A program made the translations under genes and the position numbers. Under the pieces are notes generated by a model. The model was not told the DNA's origin, did no database searches, and saw nothing but the letters and a program-made list of their open reading frames with translations. From the NCBI GenBank assembly GCA_030654225.1, contig JAURXY010000027.1:1-58980 (forward strand): a stretch of 58,980 nt of DNA, written 5' to 3'. Positions 24,315 to 34,097 of the stretch are shown here, piece after piece. Position 1 is the first letter of the stretch; the number at the start of each line of letters is the position of its first letter. The stretch is from a bacterium. Lineage in GTDB: Bacteria > Patescibacteriota > Minisyncoccia > Moranbacterales > UBA2206.

Positions 24315-27300
24315 TTAAACTTGCTCTAAATTCTGTTCTTCTTTTTCATCCTCATCAGCCTTTGCTCCCATAAGTTCTACATTCATTCCCAAACCTTTAA
24401 GTTCGCTCACAAGCACATGGAAAGAGGCTGGTATATTTGGACTCTTTATCATTTCACCTTTGATAATTGACTCATAAGCTTTGCTTCGTCCCATCACATC
24501 ATCAGATTTAATTGTGAGCATTTCTTGCAAAGTATAAGCGGCGCCATAACCTTCCAAAGCCCAAACTTCCATTTCTCCAAATCTCTGTCCACCAAACTGA
24601 GCTTTTCCACCCAATGGTTGTTGAGTGATCAAAGAGTACGGTCCGATTGAACGCATATGAATCTTGTCGTCCACTAAATGATGGAGCTTCATAACATACA
24701 TCACACCCACTGTTGATTCATTGTCAAATTTTTCACCTGTTCTTCCATTAATGAGTTGTGATTTTCCATGTTTTGGTAGTCCGGCCTTTTCCAGCTCCAT
24801 TTCAATTTGTTCTTCAGTTACGCCTTCAAGCGCTGGAGTAGCGGCCTTATAACCTAATTTCAAAGCTGCCCAACCAAGATGAGTTTCCAAAATTTGTCCA
24901 ATATTCATACGACTAGCCACACCAAGAGGATTAATAATCATATCCACTGGAGTTCCGTCTAATAGATAAGGCATATCTTCTACAGGAGCTACGCGAGAAA
25001 TCACGCCCTTGTTTCCGTGACGTCCAGCTAATTTGTCTCCCACTGAAATTTTCTTGAGTTGCGCAACAGACACTTGAATTTGCTCTATCACTCCAGTTGG
25101 AAGCTTATCGCCTTGTTCTCGCGAAAATATTTTTATATCCACTACTTTGCCGTATTCTCCATGTGGTAAGTAAAGTGAACTATCTTTGACATCTCGAGAT
25201 TTTTCTCCAAAAATTGCGCGAAGCAATCGTTCTTCTGATGTCAAATCACCTTCACCTTTTGGAGAAATTTTTCCGACTAAAATATCGCTAGAAGAAACTT
25301 CTGCGCCAATTCGAATTATTCCAGTTTCGTCCAAATTCTTAAGTCTTTCTTCTCCGATATTTGGAATGTCGCGAGTTATTATCTCGGGTCCGAGTTTTGT
25401 GTCGCGAACATCAATAGAAAAATCTTCAATATGAATTGAACTATAACGGTCATCTTCGACTAATTTTTGTGAAATAATAATTGCATCTTCGTAGTTGGAA
25501 CCTTCCCAAGGGATAAACGCCACTACTACATTTTGACCTAAGGATAATTCCCCTTGATCAGTAGAAGCACCGTCCGCTAAAAGTTGTCCCTTTTTCACCA
25601 GCTGACCTTTCTCCACGCGGGGAACCTGATTCATAGAAGTGAAGGCATTTGATTTTACAAAAGTTTGCAATCGATATTCTCTTTTCAAATATGGTTTTTT
25701 TGCTGCTGCCGGAGCTTCTTCTTTGACGATAATATGATCTCCATCAACTTCGATAATTTCTCCATCAGCCTTGGCGATTACCACTTGTCCGGAGTCTGCT
25801 GCCGCCTTGTCTTCAATTCCAGTGCCCACGAGAGGAGCTTGTGGCTTTACGCAAGAAACAGCTTGACGTTGCATATTAGAACCCATCAATGCTCGGTTGG
25901 CATCATCGTGTTCCAAGAAAGGAATAAGGGCAGTTGCCACTGAAATACATTGCTTGGCACTCACGTCAATATAATCTAGTTTTGTTGCTTCGATTTCTGT
26001 GGCTTGACCTTTCACTCTCGCTCCCACCACTTCGTCCAAAATATTTCCACTCTTAGAAATATTAATTCCGGCGTGAGCAATATTTTTTCGGTCTTCCACT
26101 GTTGCATTGACATATTCAATTTCTCGACTGATCCACGGTTTGATTTTGATCGTTTTCTTTTCTTTGCTTTTAGCAATTTTTTCTGCTGAATCAGATGAAA
26201 TTTCTGTCCCTATTTCAAATTCACCTACTTTTTCATTCAAAATTTTTCCAACAAGTTTTTCCGCTTGATTTTCTATTTCGTGATAAATTTTGAGGTACGG
26301 TGTTTCCAAAAAGCCATAAGAATTTATCTTAGTATAAGTAGCTAAATGACCAACAAGACCAATGTTTGGTCCTTCTGGAGTTTCTACTGGACAAATTCGG
26401 CCATAATGTGAAGGATGAACATCTCGCACTTCAAAACCAGCGCGTTCTCGAGTGAGCCCTCCTGGTCCCATCGCACTGATACGTCTTTTGTGTTCCAACT
26501 CAGCTAATGGATTAACTTGGTCCATAAATTGAGATAACTGTGAACTAGAAAAAAACTCTTTGATTGAGGCAGCCACTGGGCGAGAATTGACAAGTTGTCC
26601 TGGTACTACGGTCAAAATATCGCAAGTACTCATGCGATCCTTGATGTTTCGGGCAGTTCTCGTTAGTCCCACTCGTAATTTGTTTTGCACTAATTCACCC
26701 ACTGAGCGCACTCGTCTGTTTCCAAGATGGTCGATATCATCAGCAATCGCTCGCGGATCATTGTTTAGTCGAATAATTTCTTTGATTATCAAAATCAAAT
26801 CCTCCAGCATCAAAACTCGATTTTCTTCATTGTCAGGACGATTAACTTCCAATCTTTGATTCAAGCGATATCTTCCCACTCCACCAAAGTCATATTTGTC
26901 AAAACTGAAAAACATTGAATCCACCACTGATTTAGCATTTGATTCAGTGGCTAAATCACCCGGACGAATTCTTTTGTATACTTCCTTGTATCCTTCTCCT
27001 TGATTTTTCGCCACATCCTTGGCAATTGTTGCTTCGATGTGATTTATTTCTCCATTATCAGCACCTTTAAATATATTCAAAAGTTCCTTGTCAGTTGAAT
27101 AGCCAAAAGCTCGCAGGAGTGAAGTGATAGCCACTTTTCTTTTGCGATCGATTTTGACAAAAATCGCACCATCCAAATCAGTTTCGATTTCCAGCCAAGC
27201 TCCACGATTTGGGATAATTTTCGCGCCAAAAAGCTTCTTGCCTTTGGTATAAGCCATAGTGAAAAACACACCAGGGCTACGAATTATCTGGCTAACTACC

Positions 27301-27740
27301 ACTCTTTCTACTCCATTTATGATAAAAGTTCCTCGATCGGTCATGAGGGGAAAATCGCCGAGATAAATTTCTTGTTCCTTGATTTCTCCTGTACTTTTGA
27401 TGATAAGTTGGACTTTGCAACGCAATGGAGCCTCAAAAGAGATATTTTTATTCTTGGCCGTCACTTCGTCATATTTGGGCTCGTCTAAATAGTATTCTTT
27501 AAAAGAAAGCTCTAGATCTTTTTCGGTAAAGTCGCGAATTGGATTAACTTCATCTAAAATTTCTCGGAGGCCTTTTTCTATGAACCATTCGTATGAGTTA
27601 ACTTGAGATTCGATCAGGTTTGGGAGAGAAACCATAGAAATATCTCTAAAAAATTTCCTTTTCGAGAGTGAAGATCCCGACCCGAAAGATGTTTTAACTT
27701 CCAGTTTTTTGTCAACTTTAGCCATAGAAATAACGCTCAT
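24315..27740 (-). CDS. rpoB: RNA polymerase beta subunit
   Basis: SQFMDQ.NPL, GDKLAGRHGNKG, GGQRFGEMEVWALE. Confidence 0.99.
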   Translation of the reverse strand: MSVISMAKVDKKLEVKTSFGSGSSLSKRKFFRDISMVSLPNLIESQVNSYEWFIEKGLREILDEVNPIRDFTEKDLELSFKEYYLDEPKYDEVTAKNKNISFEAPLRCKVQLIIKSTGEIKEQEIYLGDFPLMTDRGTFIINGVERVVVSQIIRSPGVFFTMAYTKGKKLFGAKIIPNRGAWLEIETDLDGAIFVKIDRKRKVAITSLLRAFGYSTDKELLNIFKGADNGEINHIEATIAKDVAKNQGEGYKEVYKRIRPGDLATESNAKSVVDSMFFSFDKYDFGGVGRYRLNQRLEVNRPDNEENRVLMLEDLILIIKEIIRLNNDPRAIADDIDHLGNRRVRSVGELVQNKLRVGLTRTARNIKDRMSTCDILTVVPGQLVNSRPVAASIKEFFSSSQLSQFMDQVNPLAELEHKRRISAMGPGGLTRERAGFEVRDVHPSHYGRICPVETPEGPNIGLVGHLATYTKINSYGFLETPYLKIYHEIENQAEKLVGKILNEKVGEFEIGTEISSDSAEKIAKSKEKKTIKIKPWISREIEYVNATVEDRKNIAHAGINISKSGNILDEVVGARVKGQATEIEATKLDYIDVSAKQCISVATALIPFLEHDDANRALMGSNMQRQAVSCVKPQAPLVGTGIEDKAAADSGQVVIAKADGEIIEVDGDHIIVKEEAPAAAKKPYLKREYRLQTFVKSNAFTSMNQVPRVEKGQLVKKGQLLADGASTDQGELSLGQNVVVAFIPWEGSNYEDAIIISQKLVEDDRYSSIHIEDFSIDVRDTKLGPEIITRDIPNIGEERLKNLDETGIIRIGAEVSSSDILVGKISPKGEGDLTSEERLLRAIFGEKSRDVKDSSLYLPHGEYGKVVDIKIFSREQGDKLPTGVIEQIQVSVAQLKKISVGDKLAGRHGNKGVISRVAPVEDMPYLLDGTPVDMIINPLGVASRMNIGQILETHLGWAALKLGYKAATPALEGVTEEQIEMELEKAGLPKHGKSQLINGRTGEKFDNESTVGVMYVMKLHHLVDDKIHMRSIGPYSLITQQPLGGKAQFGGQRFGEMEVWALEGYGAAYTLQEMLTIKSDDVMGRSKAYESIIKGEMIKSPNIPASFHVLVSELKGLGMNVELMGAKADEDEKEEQNLEQV

Positions 27741-28087
27741 TTCCGGCTTTTTTTTCTGGGAACGTTCAGAAATAAAGCTTTTACATGAGTTATGTTAAAA
27801 GTATTAAGTTATTTATTTTTTTATCACCCTAAGTAAAATAAAACGAATTTTCTAAATAAAAATGTATCGTGAAAACATTATACATTGAAACAAAAACAAT
27901 TGCAAGTGCCTTGCAGTCCATTTCCACCCGATTTTAGTTTTTTTGTCTTTATTCCTGCCGTTTCTGCTATCTTTCTGATTTGTATTCTTATCTTATCAGA
28001 GGAATGAAAAGTTGTCAACTTGACAGATTATTTTTATAAAAAGAAGGGATGTTTTTTAAACATCCCTCTAGTGTTGTTTGCTTGTTT

Positions 28088-28405
28088 TCAAGCATTTTTG
28101 ACTAATTTCCCATGTTTTCGGATTGTCTCCTTCGCCAACTGTTGAATCATCTTCTGCTCGTTGTCCGAAGCTAAATGAAAAGGGTTTTGCCATTCAGCAT
28201 GCATAGCCACCAGCTTCAGTGGAACAATTTGATTTTCATTGAAGAAAAGAGAATCCAACACTTTTGCGAAACGAGTGTTTTTTATAGCACTCAAAGTAAG
28301 GGGATTCTTTTCTGTATAGCGAATTGATATGCCGATATATACGATACCAACAATCGAACAAACCAATCCTACCCAGGGAGAAAAACAGAAAAAATTGTCA
28401 ATCAT
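28088..28405 (-). CDS. hypothetical protein with N-terminal TM segment
   Basis: SD AGGAGG before ATG 28405; terminator hairpin at ~28040-28068. Confidence 0.6.
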   Translation of the reverse strand: MIDNFFCFSPWVGLVCSIVGIVYIGISIRYTEKNPLTLSAIKNTRFAKVLDSLFFNENQIVPLKLVAMHAEWQNPFHLASDNEQKMIQQLAKETIRKHGKLVKNA

Positions 28406-28431
28406 AATACCCTCCTTCATAATTACCATTT

Positions 28432-28749
28432 TTATTGAGCTGAGAAAGAACTAGCTGGAGGAACTCCAAGATATGCTAAAATATTTATAGTGCCTTTCAG
28501 TTGGGCTACTGTTTTAGCATAAGAGTCTATCAGCTCTTGGCTCGTCTTCCCTTGTGAGCTTTTAATGGCCGCCTGATAAAAAAGATTTGTTTCTATCTGA
28601 AAGATTTCCAGAAATCGTTCTGGTATTTTTTCTTCATATCGGAAAAGTTCCCAAAGCTTTTCCGGTAGCCCTCCCTCATCGCTACAAACGTAATTTATCA
28701 ACAATTTGTTTATCTCCTGTGGTTCAAAAACATTCGTCTGTTTTTTCAT
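28432..28749 (-). CDS. hypothetical protein
   Basis: SD AAGGAGG; operonic. Confidence 0.65.
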   Translation of the reverse strand: MKKQTNVFEPQEINKLLINYVCSDEGGLPEKLWELFRYEEKIPERFLEIFQIETNLFYQAAIKSSQGKTSQELIDSYAKTVAQLKGTINILAYLGVPPASSFSAQ

Positions 28750-29023
28750 TACATCCTCCTTCCTTTATTGTTTTGAAACCTAAGTTAAATAAATCTCCAG
28801 GGGCATAATAATAAGTAATGTCATCCTCTTTTGTATACCAAATCACTTCTTGCCCAAAAAATTTACCGCATCTTGTCGCGGAAGCAACCCCAGCGATTCT
28901 TACTTTTTCTCCGAAACAAGAAATCAATGTATCCCCGACAAATACATGGGAAAGTCCCATTGTTTTATCGCTTGAAGCATCAATGCTTATCTTTCCGCTG
29001 TGTGCTCTAACTTCTATTTTCAT
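28724..29023 (-). CDS. hypothetical protein
   Basis: SD GGGAGGTG before ATG 29023 (MKIEVRAH...). Confidence 0.6.
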   Translation of the reverse strand: MKIEVRAHSGKISIDASSDKTMGLSHVFVGDTLISCFGEKVRIAGVASATRCGKFFGQEVIWYTKEDDITYYYAPGDLFNLGFKTIKEGGCNEKTDECF

Positions 29024-29374
29024 AACACCTCCCATTTTATTATTAATAGATTTATCTTTATCTATTGTTTGTATAAAGTACTTCAAATCAGTCTAATATA
29101 TAATAAATTATTAGTCAAACAAAACAGCCCTAAAGCGGTTTTGTGAATTTTTCAATTTTCAACACCAATTTTCCAAACACCTTTTTCATATTTTTCACGG
29201 TTTTGTTAATATAACCGTGAAAATGCATGCCTTTTTGATGCTTTTTCACGGTTTTGAGTATATTCCTCCAATCTAAAACATTTTTCAATAAATCAAAACC
29301 ACTATTGAAACATTTTTTGGTGTTTTTATTCTTTTAATTATTTCAATCTCTTTCTATCTTTCAACGACAAGAAA

Positions 29375-30262
29375 TTATTTCAAAAGTTTTTGAATATCTT
29401 CCTGACTAAACTCTTTTCTATAATCAATTAGCTTCGGATGTTTGATTCTTCGCAGTTCTTCGTCATAAGTTGCCATAATGTTTCTTGCTCTTCTTTGATA
29501 GACTAGCCAATTTTTCGTAGAAGAAAAGTTGTTAAATTTCCTAAGGAATTCTTCTTGCGTCAACATTCTGCCTAATTTTTTGAATTCTTCTTCAATTTCT
29601 CCTGCCAATCCAGTTTCAAAAGCACCAATGGTCAATAATATCTCTTCATACATATAATTTCGGGTGAAATCTTTTTTAGCTAAATCTAAAAGTTTTCTAT
29701 ATTCCTTAGCGTTTTCTAGGAACAAAAAATCATATAGCATGTCCGTATAAGTCCCATAGTTTTTCACCGCCACAAAATCCTTTATGCAATCAGTAAAATC
29801 TCTGCGATATTCTTTTGTTTCTTCTCGCGTTTCAAAAAACTGACTCGTCAATTGATTGATAAATTTCGGATCCATCGTCGCAATCCTCATTACTTTCTTG
29901 AAATCATTTTCCACTCGAATGAAGTACTTTCTAACCATTTTTCCTTTTTCGTTATTCTCCAGCATTGCCAGTTCTTTTGCCATATCAATTGAAATAATAT
30001 ACTCTCTGGCTAAAATTTTTCCACTTTTAGGGTCAATGGCTTTTACCTTATTTAAGCCACTAAATCCATCGCCAAATTTGGCGAAGGCTACAAAAAAATC
30101 CAAATCTTCCACAAAACCATACTTTCCAATCCTATCTTTTATCCAGTTAGAAAAATCCCTACCTACACCCAACCATTTATACAATTCCCTAGCATTCACA
30201 AATCTTTTCTTTTCACCATTGAAATCTTTTTGAATTACTTTTATGTTTATTAATTCATTCAT
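29375..30262 (-). CDS. AntA/AntB antirepressor-domain protein
   Basis: VNARELY..LGV..DFSNWIKDRI..YGF.E..DF...EY.ISIDMAKELAMLE.N.KG..VRKYFI. Confidence 0.85.
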   Translation of the reverse strand: MNELINIKVIQKDFNGEKKRFVNARELYKWLGVGRDFSNWIKDRIGKYGFVEDLDFFVAFAKFGDGFSGLNKVKAIDPKSGKILAREYIISIDMAKELAMLENNEKGKMVRKYFIRVENDFKKVMRIATMDPKFINQLTSQFFETREETKEYRRDFTDCIKDFVAVKNYGTYTDMLYDFLFLENAKEYRKLLDLAKKDFTRNYMYEEILLTIGAFETGLAGEIEEEFKKLGRMLTQEEFLRKFNNFSSTKNWLVYQRRARNIMATYDEELRRIKHPKLIDYRKEFSQEDIQKLLK

Positions 30263-30425
30263 ATTTTTTTTGTTTTATTTTATTTAAATTTTTGGGCGTA
30301 ACATCAATAAATTCAAAACTATTCATAAAAAACCATTCCAACGGATTGAGGAGCTCTTTGCATAGAGGGCAAACATAATCAACATTGCCAATTTGAATTG
30401 CATTTTTATAATCATGTTCACACAT
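30255..30425 (-). CDS. small zinc-ribbon-like protein
   Basis: MCEHDY...YVCPLCKELL; overlaps the antA start; start probably 30425. Confidence 0.55.
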   Translation of the reverse strand: MCEHDYKNAIQIGNVDYVCPLCKELLNPLEWFFMNSFEFIDVTPKNLNKIKQKKYE

Positions 30426-30529
30426 AATTTCTCTTGGTTTTTTTTCTTTTATTAAGTTTTTTGTTTTGCTTTGACATAATGATATTATATCACCATATCC
30501 AATTTTGGCAAGTTTTGACCTGTGGATAA

Positions 30530-30808
30530 CTATTCTTTGTTTTTTAGATTCCAATTCCACGCGTTGGCCACTGATTTGGCGATGCGGGTGGTGGTGAAAT
30601 TGTCTTCTTGATCGCTGTCCACGGTCACTTTTTCGATATCCTCAAGCTTTAGTTTATTTTTTCGAAGAAGTTGATCAATTTCCGGCAAAAGCTTTTCAGA
30701 AAGACTATGTTCTTCGACAATATCCAAAAAATCCACTTCTTTTTTGTTTTGAAGCAGTATTATGCTAATTTTTCGCTCCTGAATTTTAATTATAATTTCC
30801 ATATTCAA
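30530..30808 (-). CDS. short TsaB-like protein
   Basis: H.LSEKLLP.ID.LL...KL.L.DI..V.V......FTTTRIAKSVANA resembles the TsaB N-terminal half. Confidence 0.7.
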   Translation of the reverse strand: MNMEIIIKIQERKISIILLQNKKEVDFLDIVEEHSLSEKLLPEIDQLLRKNKLKLEDIEKVTVDSDQEDNFTTTRIAKSVANAWNWNLKNKE

Positions 30809-30890
30809 ATCATCTCACAAAAAAAACAAAAAAACAATCCCGAGCGCTCGGGATTGCTTTCCATGCAAAGTTTGCATATTTGACGAAAAA

Positions 30891-31286
30891 TTATCTATTG
30901 CAATTTGCTCCTCTACCCATTCCACGGCCTTGTCCATCTCCATTTCTGAGTCCCAATCCTAATTCAGCTCTGATTTTTTTCGCTTCCTCTGTCTTTCCTT
31001 CTAGCGCCAGCTTATGCGCCTCGGCAAAGCGAGAAAAATTTCCTTCATTTATAACTTGGGTCGCTCGTCCTCTGCCAGCCATTAGCTCCTTCCATGCGTT
31101 ATAGTCATTGTTTTCAAAGGCCTTAGTCATAGCATCATGACGCTCAGTTGTATAATTTGGACCTTTAACATTCGGATCGCCTTGATAGGCACTAGCATAA
31201 AGCGCTGAACCAACTAGACCGGCAGTAGCCACTAGCATACTTGTTCCTATTAGAAATTTTTTGCTTAGATATTTTTTAGCTTCCAT
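30891..31286 (-). CDS. secreted helical protein with Gly/Arg-rich tail
   Basis: Signal peptide ending ASA; ECF-type promoter upstream. Confidence 0.8.
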   Translation of the reverse strand: MEAKKYLSKKFLIGTSMLVATAGLVGSALYASAYQGDPNVKGPNYTTERHDAMTKAFENNDYNAWKELMAGRGRATQVINEGNFSRFAEAHKLALEGKTEEAKKIRAELGLGLRNGDGQGRGMGRGANCNR

Positions 31287-31353
31287 AATTTTTAAGTTTA
31301 ATTATTAACGATAGAAGTGATCAGCTTCTTGAGAAAATTTCTCTCGACTTATC

Positions 31354-31384
31354 TTACTACGCAACCTTCCTATTTTTTCTTTCA
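31354..31384 (-). promoter_or_regulatory. ECF sigma promoter
   Basis: TGAAAG-17 nt-CGTAGTAA; same motif as upstream of the sigma gene. Confidence 0.75.
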
Positions 31385-31386
31385 AC

Positions 31387-32103
31387 TTACTTCTCTCGAT
31401 GCATTTGTCTGCCATTCCAAGGCCTAATTTCTTGAGCTCTAAATTTGCGCCCCTCTTCCTTTTCACCAATTATCTTCACTTTCTCACCAATCTCTTTTTT
31501 CACCCTAGGACGAACAAGCGCCTGAGAATAATCTACTTCCCAAACTTCCCCATCCCAATCTCTAAGATATATTTTTTCTTTTTCATTTTTATTTTCAACT
31601 ATCTCTCCAGAAATAAGGCCTTCCTCAGGCTGAGACCAAACTTTTTCCGGAGTTCTCACAATCTGACTATACGCGGAAAAATTTTTGTTCATATAACCTT
31701 CCATATTATCAGAAAAATTAAGTTTATATAGAATAGCTCCAAAAATTATTATCGCTAAAATAAATATCCCGCCCACATATGTTGTTTTATATTTATATCC
31801 ACGGCGAGTTTTGGCAAATTCTACTATCGCTAAAATTGCAAAAAATATCAAAAGAATAATCCAAATGAAAGGTAAACTTAAAAACAAAATTCCCATTCCA
31901 TGCGGACGACCCACGATTTTTCCCACTTCAAATTGGGAAAAAATACTAAAAATTATCCCCAGAGAAAATGCTCCGGCGAACACAAAAAATATTAGTAGCG
32001 CTATCACAACAGCACGACAAAGCCAAAAATTCCATCTTGATTTGGGGGAAATTTTTTCCTGCTTTATTTTTTCCAATACTTTTTGACTTATTGACTTTTC
32101 CAT
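31387..32103 (-). CDS. membrane protein, putative anti-sigma factor
   Basis: Three TMs plus an extracytoplasmic OB-like region; directly downstream of the ECF sigma gene. Confidence 0.65.
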   Translation of the reverse strand: MEKSISQKVLEKIKQEKISPKSRWNFWLCRAVVIALLIFFVFAGAFSLGIIFSIFSQFEVGKIVGRPHGMGILFLSLPFIWIILLIFFAILAIVEFAKTRRGYKYKTTYVGGIFILAIIIFGAILYKLNFSDNMEGYMNKNFSAYSQIVRTPEKVWSQPEEGLISGEIVENKNEKEKIYLRDWDGEVWEVDYSQALVRPRVKKEIGEKVKIIGEKEEGRKFRAQEIRPWNGRQMHREK

Positions 32104-32106
32104 ATA

Positions 32107-32691
32107 CTAAAACTTAAAATTATTTTTCCCCAATTCATTTTTCAATTCTTTTTTTGCCCGATTGAGCAGCGTGCCAATTGTGCCAACCGGTTTTTTCAAA
32201 ATATCACTAATTTCATTATAATCCTTATCTTCCATAAACCGAAGCATCAAAACTTCTCGATAATCTATTCTTATTTGCGAGAGAATTTTTCCGATGATTT
32301 TCGCCATATCTTTCGCCTCTATTTTTTTTGCCAAATCACCTTCTGCCTCAAGCATATTTTTGAAATTTTCATCCGCATCAAAAGAAACTACTGTCTGCAT
32401 ATTTTTGTTTTTTCGCCAAAAACTTATCACATGATTTCTGGCAATCCGGTAGAGCCACGAAGAAAATTTCAAACTTTCATCAAAATCATTTATATTTTCA
32501 TACGCTTTCAAAAAAATTTCCTGTCCCAAATCCTCAATTGTTTCTTTGGGTAAATTACTGATGCGTCTGATATAACGCAAAATTTTGCTTTCATAACGCT
32601 CCATTAGGAGATAATAAAAATCAGGATTGTTGGCAACCAATCCTGCTAATTCTTCATCACTTTTATTTTTGAAATTTTCTTTTTCTTGCAT
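32107..32691 (-). CDS. ECF RNA polymerase sigma factor
   Basis: EDLGQEIFLKAY, FSSWLYRIARN, Y.EISDIL..P.GTI.T.L.RAK. Confidence 0.95.
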   Translation of the reverse strand: MQEKENFKNKSDEELAGLVANNPDFYYLLMERYESKILRYIRRISNLPKETIEDLGQEIFLKAYENINDFDESLKFSSWLYRIARNHVISFWRKNKNMQTVVSFDADENFKNMLEAEGDLAKKIEAKDMAKIIGKILSQIRIDYREVLMLRFMEDKDYNEISDILKKPVGTIGTLLNRAKKELKNELGKNNFKF

Positions 32692-32734
32692 TCCTTGCGC
32701 TTAGAAATTTAGACTAGTTCTTTCTCTCTCTCCT

Positions 32735-32765
32735 TTACTACGCAAAAAAGCTCAAAAATATTTCA
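32735..32765 (-). promoter_or_regulatory. autoregulatory ECF promoter
   Basis: TGAAAT-17 nt-CGTAGTAA. Confidence 0.75.
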
Positions 32766-32795
32766 AACTTGCGAAATGTGTTTTTGTATTTTTCC

Positions 32796-32933
32796 CCACC
32801 CCATAAAATAAAGAATTATAAATTGAGATTTTTTGAGCGTTAAGAAATTCCTCATCTTCTCCCGATGTACTCATCGGGACTAGGAATTTTAGCGAAAAAA
32901 TCGAAAATTTATTTCTTTATTTTATTCGGGTGG
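32796..32933. repeat. ~138-bp imperfect inverted repeat
   Basis: Nested pairs CCACCC/GGGTGG, ATAAAATAAAGAA/TTCTTTATTTTAT, GATTTTTT/AAAAAATC, AATTCCT/AGGAATT, TCCCGATG/CATCGGGA. Confidence 0.8.
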
Positions 32934-32985
32934 CCTTTTTCTTTTTTGCCACTTTTCTTTTGGGAAAAGAAAAATGGCGAAGAGC

Positions 32986-33717
32986 CTATTTTATTTTTTC
33001 AAAATCAAAATTCCAAGGATCATCTTTTCTGCCGGGGGCAATGTCGTCATGCCCCAAAACATACTTAATTTTATATTCTTTCTTAAGATAAGCTAATAAA
33101 TTATTGAGTGCGCCGTATTGTGCATCATTAGGCTTTTCTGATTTAGTGTTTACTATTTCAATTCCAATTGAAAAATTATTCACCCCCGCTCTCCCATCTG
33201 GAACTTTCGACTCTCCCGCATGATAGGCAATGTTTTTGTCCTCGACTAAGCGATATATCTTCCCGTCACGAGAAATGATGTAGTGAGGCGAAACGCCATA
33301 TGGCTTATATTCTTTGTAAATTATATCATCTAAATCATGCACATCCTTACCAACAGCATTGTACGATGAATGAATGATGATTGTGTCAATTTTTCTAGTA
33401 CCTGAAACAGAAAATCCCCAATCCGCTAATTTATTGATTATTTTCGGCTCATCTATATTTTTCACAATTTCTTCTTTTGGCTTTTCGACAATTTCAGTGT
33501 TCGGAGCAACTGCCACATCCTCTTCTGTCTCACTTGATATTTCAACTTTTTTTTCGTCGTTTTGTATATTTTCTACATTATCTTGCGTTTCTTCCACGTT
33601 TTCTGTTTCATTTTTTTCCAGATTTATTTCGGTTTTTTTTGAATTTGTAAAATTGCAACCGCTCAAAAAAAGCATCGCCATAATTATCCCTACTGTTTTG
33701 CCAAAATTATTTATCAT
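32986..33717 (-). CDS. N-acetylmuramoyl-L-alanine amidase (Amidase_2) lipoprotein
   Basis: Lipobox LSGC; IIIHS, VSPHYII..DG, AYHAG, SIGIE, GHDDIAPGRK.DP. Confidence 0.92.
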   Translation of the reverse strand: MINNFGKTVGIIMAMLFLSGCNFTNSKKTEINLEKNETENVEETQDNVENIQNDEKKVEISSETEEDVAVAPNTEIVEKPKEEIVKNIDEPKIINKLADWGFSVSGTRKIDTIIIHSSYNAVGKDVHDLDDIIYKEYKPYGVSPHYIISRDGKIYRLVEDKNIAYHAGESKVPDGRAGVNNFSIGIEIVNTKSEKPNDAQYGALNNLLAYLKKEYKIKYVLGHDDIAPGRKDDPWNFDFEKIK

Positions 33718-33774
33718 ATTCCAATTCTATCATATAAAATAAAAACGCCCCAGCTTATCCTGAGGCAATTATTT

Positions 33775-33933
33775 TCATTTTTCTTCGACACTGATTATTT
33801 TTTTCTCCAGTTTCTTAATTTCATCTTCTGCTTTATCATAATCGTCCCAATCTTCACCATTGAGACAATCTTTCTGAAAAAGCACTAGTGCTTCCAGTTT
33901 TCTTAGCTGTGTTGTTTTTTCTTCTTGTGTCAT
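33775..33933 (-). CDS. small helical protein (52 aa)
   Basis: Not in the ORF track; MTQEEKTTQLRKLEALVLFQKDCLNGEDWDDYDKAEDEIKKLEKKIISVEEK*. Confidence 0.6.
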   Translation of the reverse strand: MTQEEKTTQLRKLEALVLFQKDCLNGEDWDDYDKAEDEIKKLEKKIISVEEK

Positions 33934-34097
33934 AAAACGCAAAATTTAAAAATAAAAAAATACCTTATTATTAGCAGATAATAAAATATATTCGTGAATT
34001 TCCTCCTTAATAAATTAAAATGCAACCTAAATAGTATACTCCTAAAAAACGGTTTTGTCAATCTAAATTTTTTCAAATTACATGCTATAATAAATTT

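Noticed and set aside
20692..27271. Numerous antisense or alternate-frame ORFs within rpoB/rpoC and other long genes
   Set aside because: Shadow ORFs of well-supported genes, without motifs or initiation signals.
28088..30560. Prophage
   Set aside because: Only an AntA-domain gene is phage-like; no integrase, terminase or structural genes.
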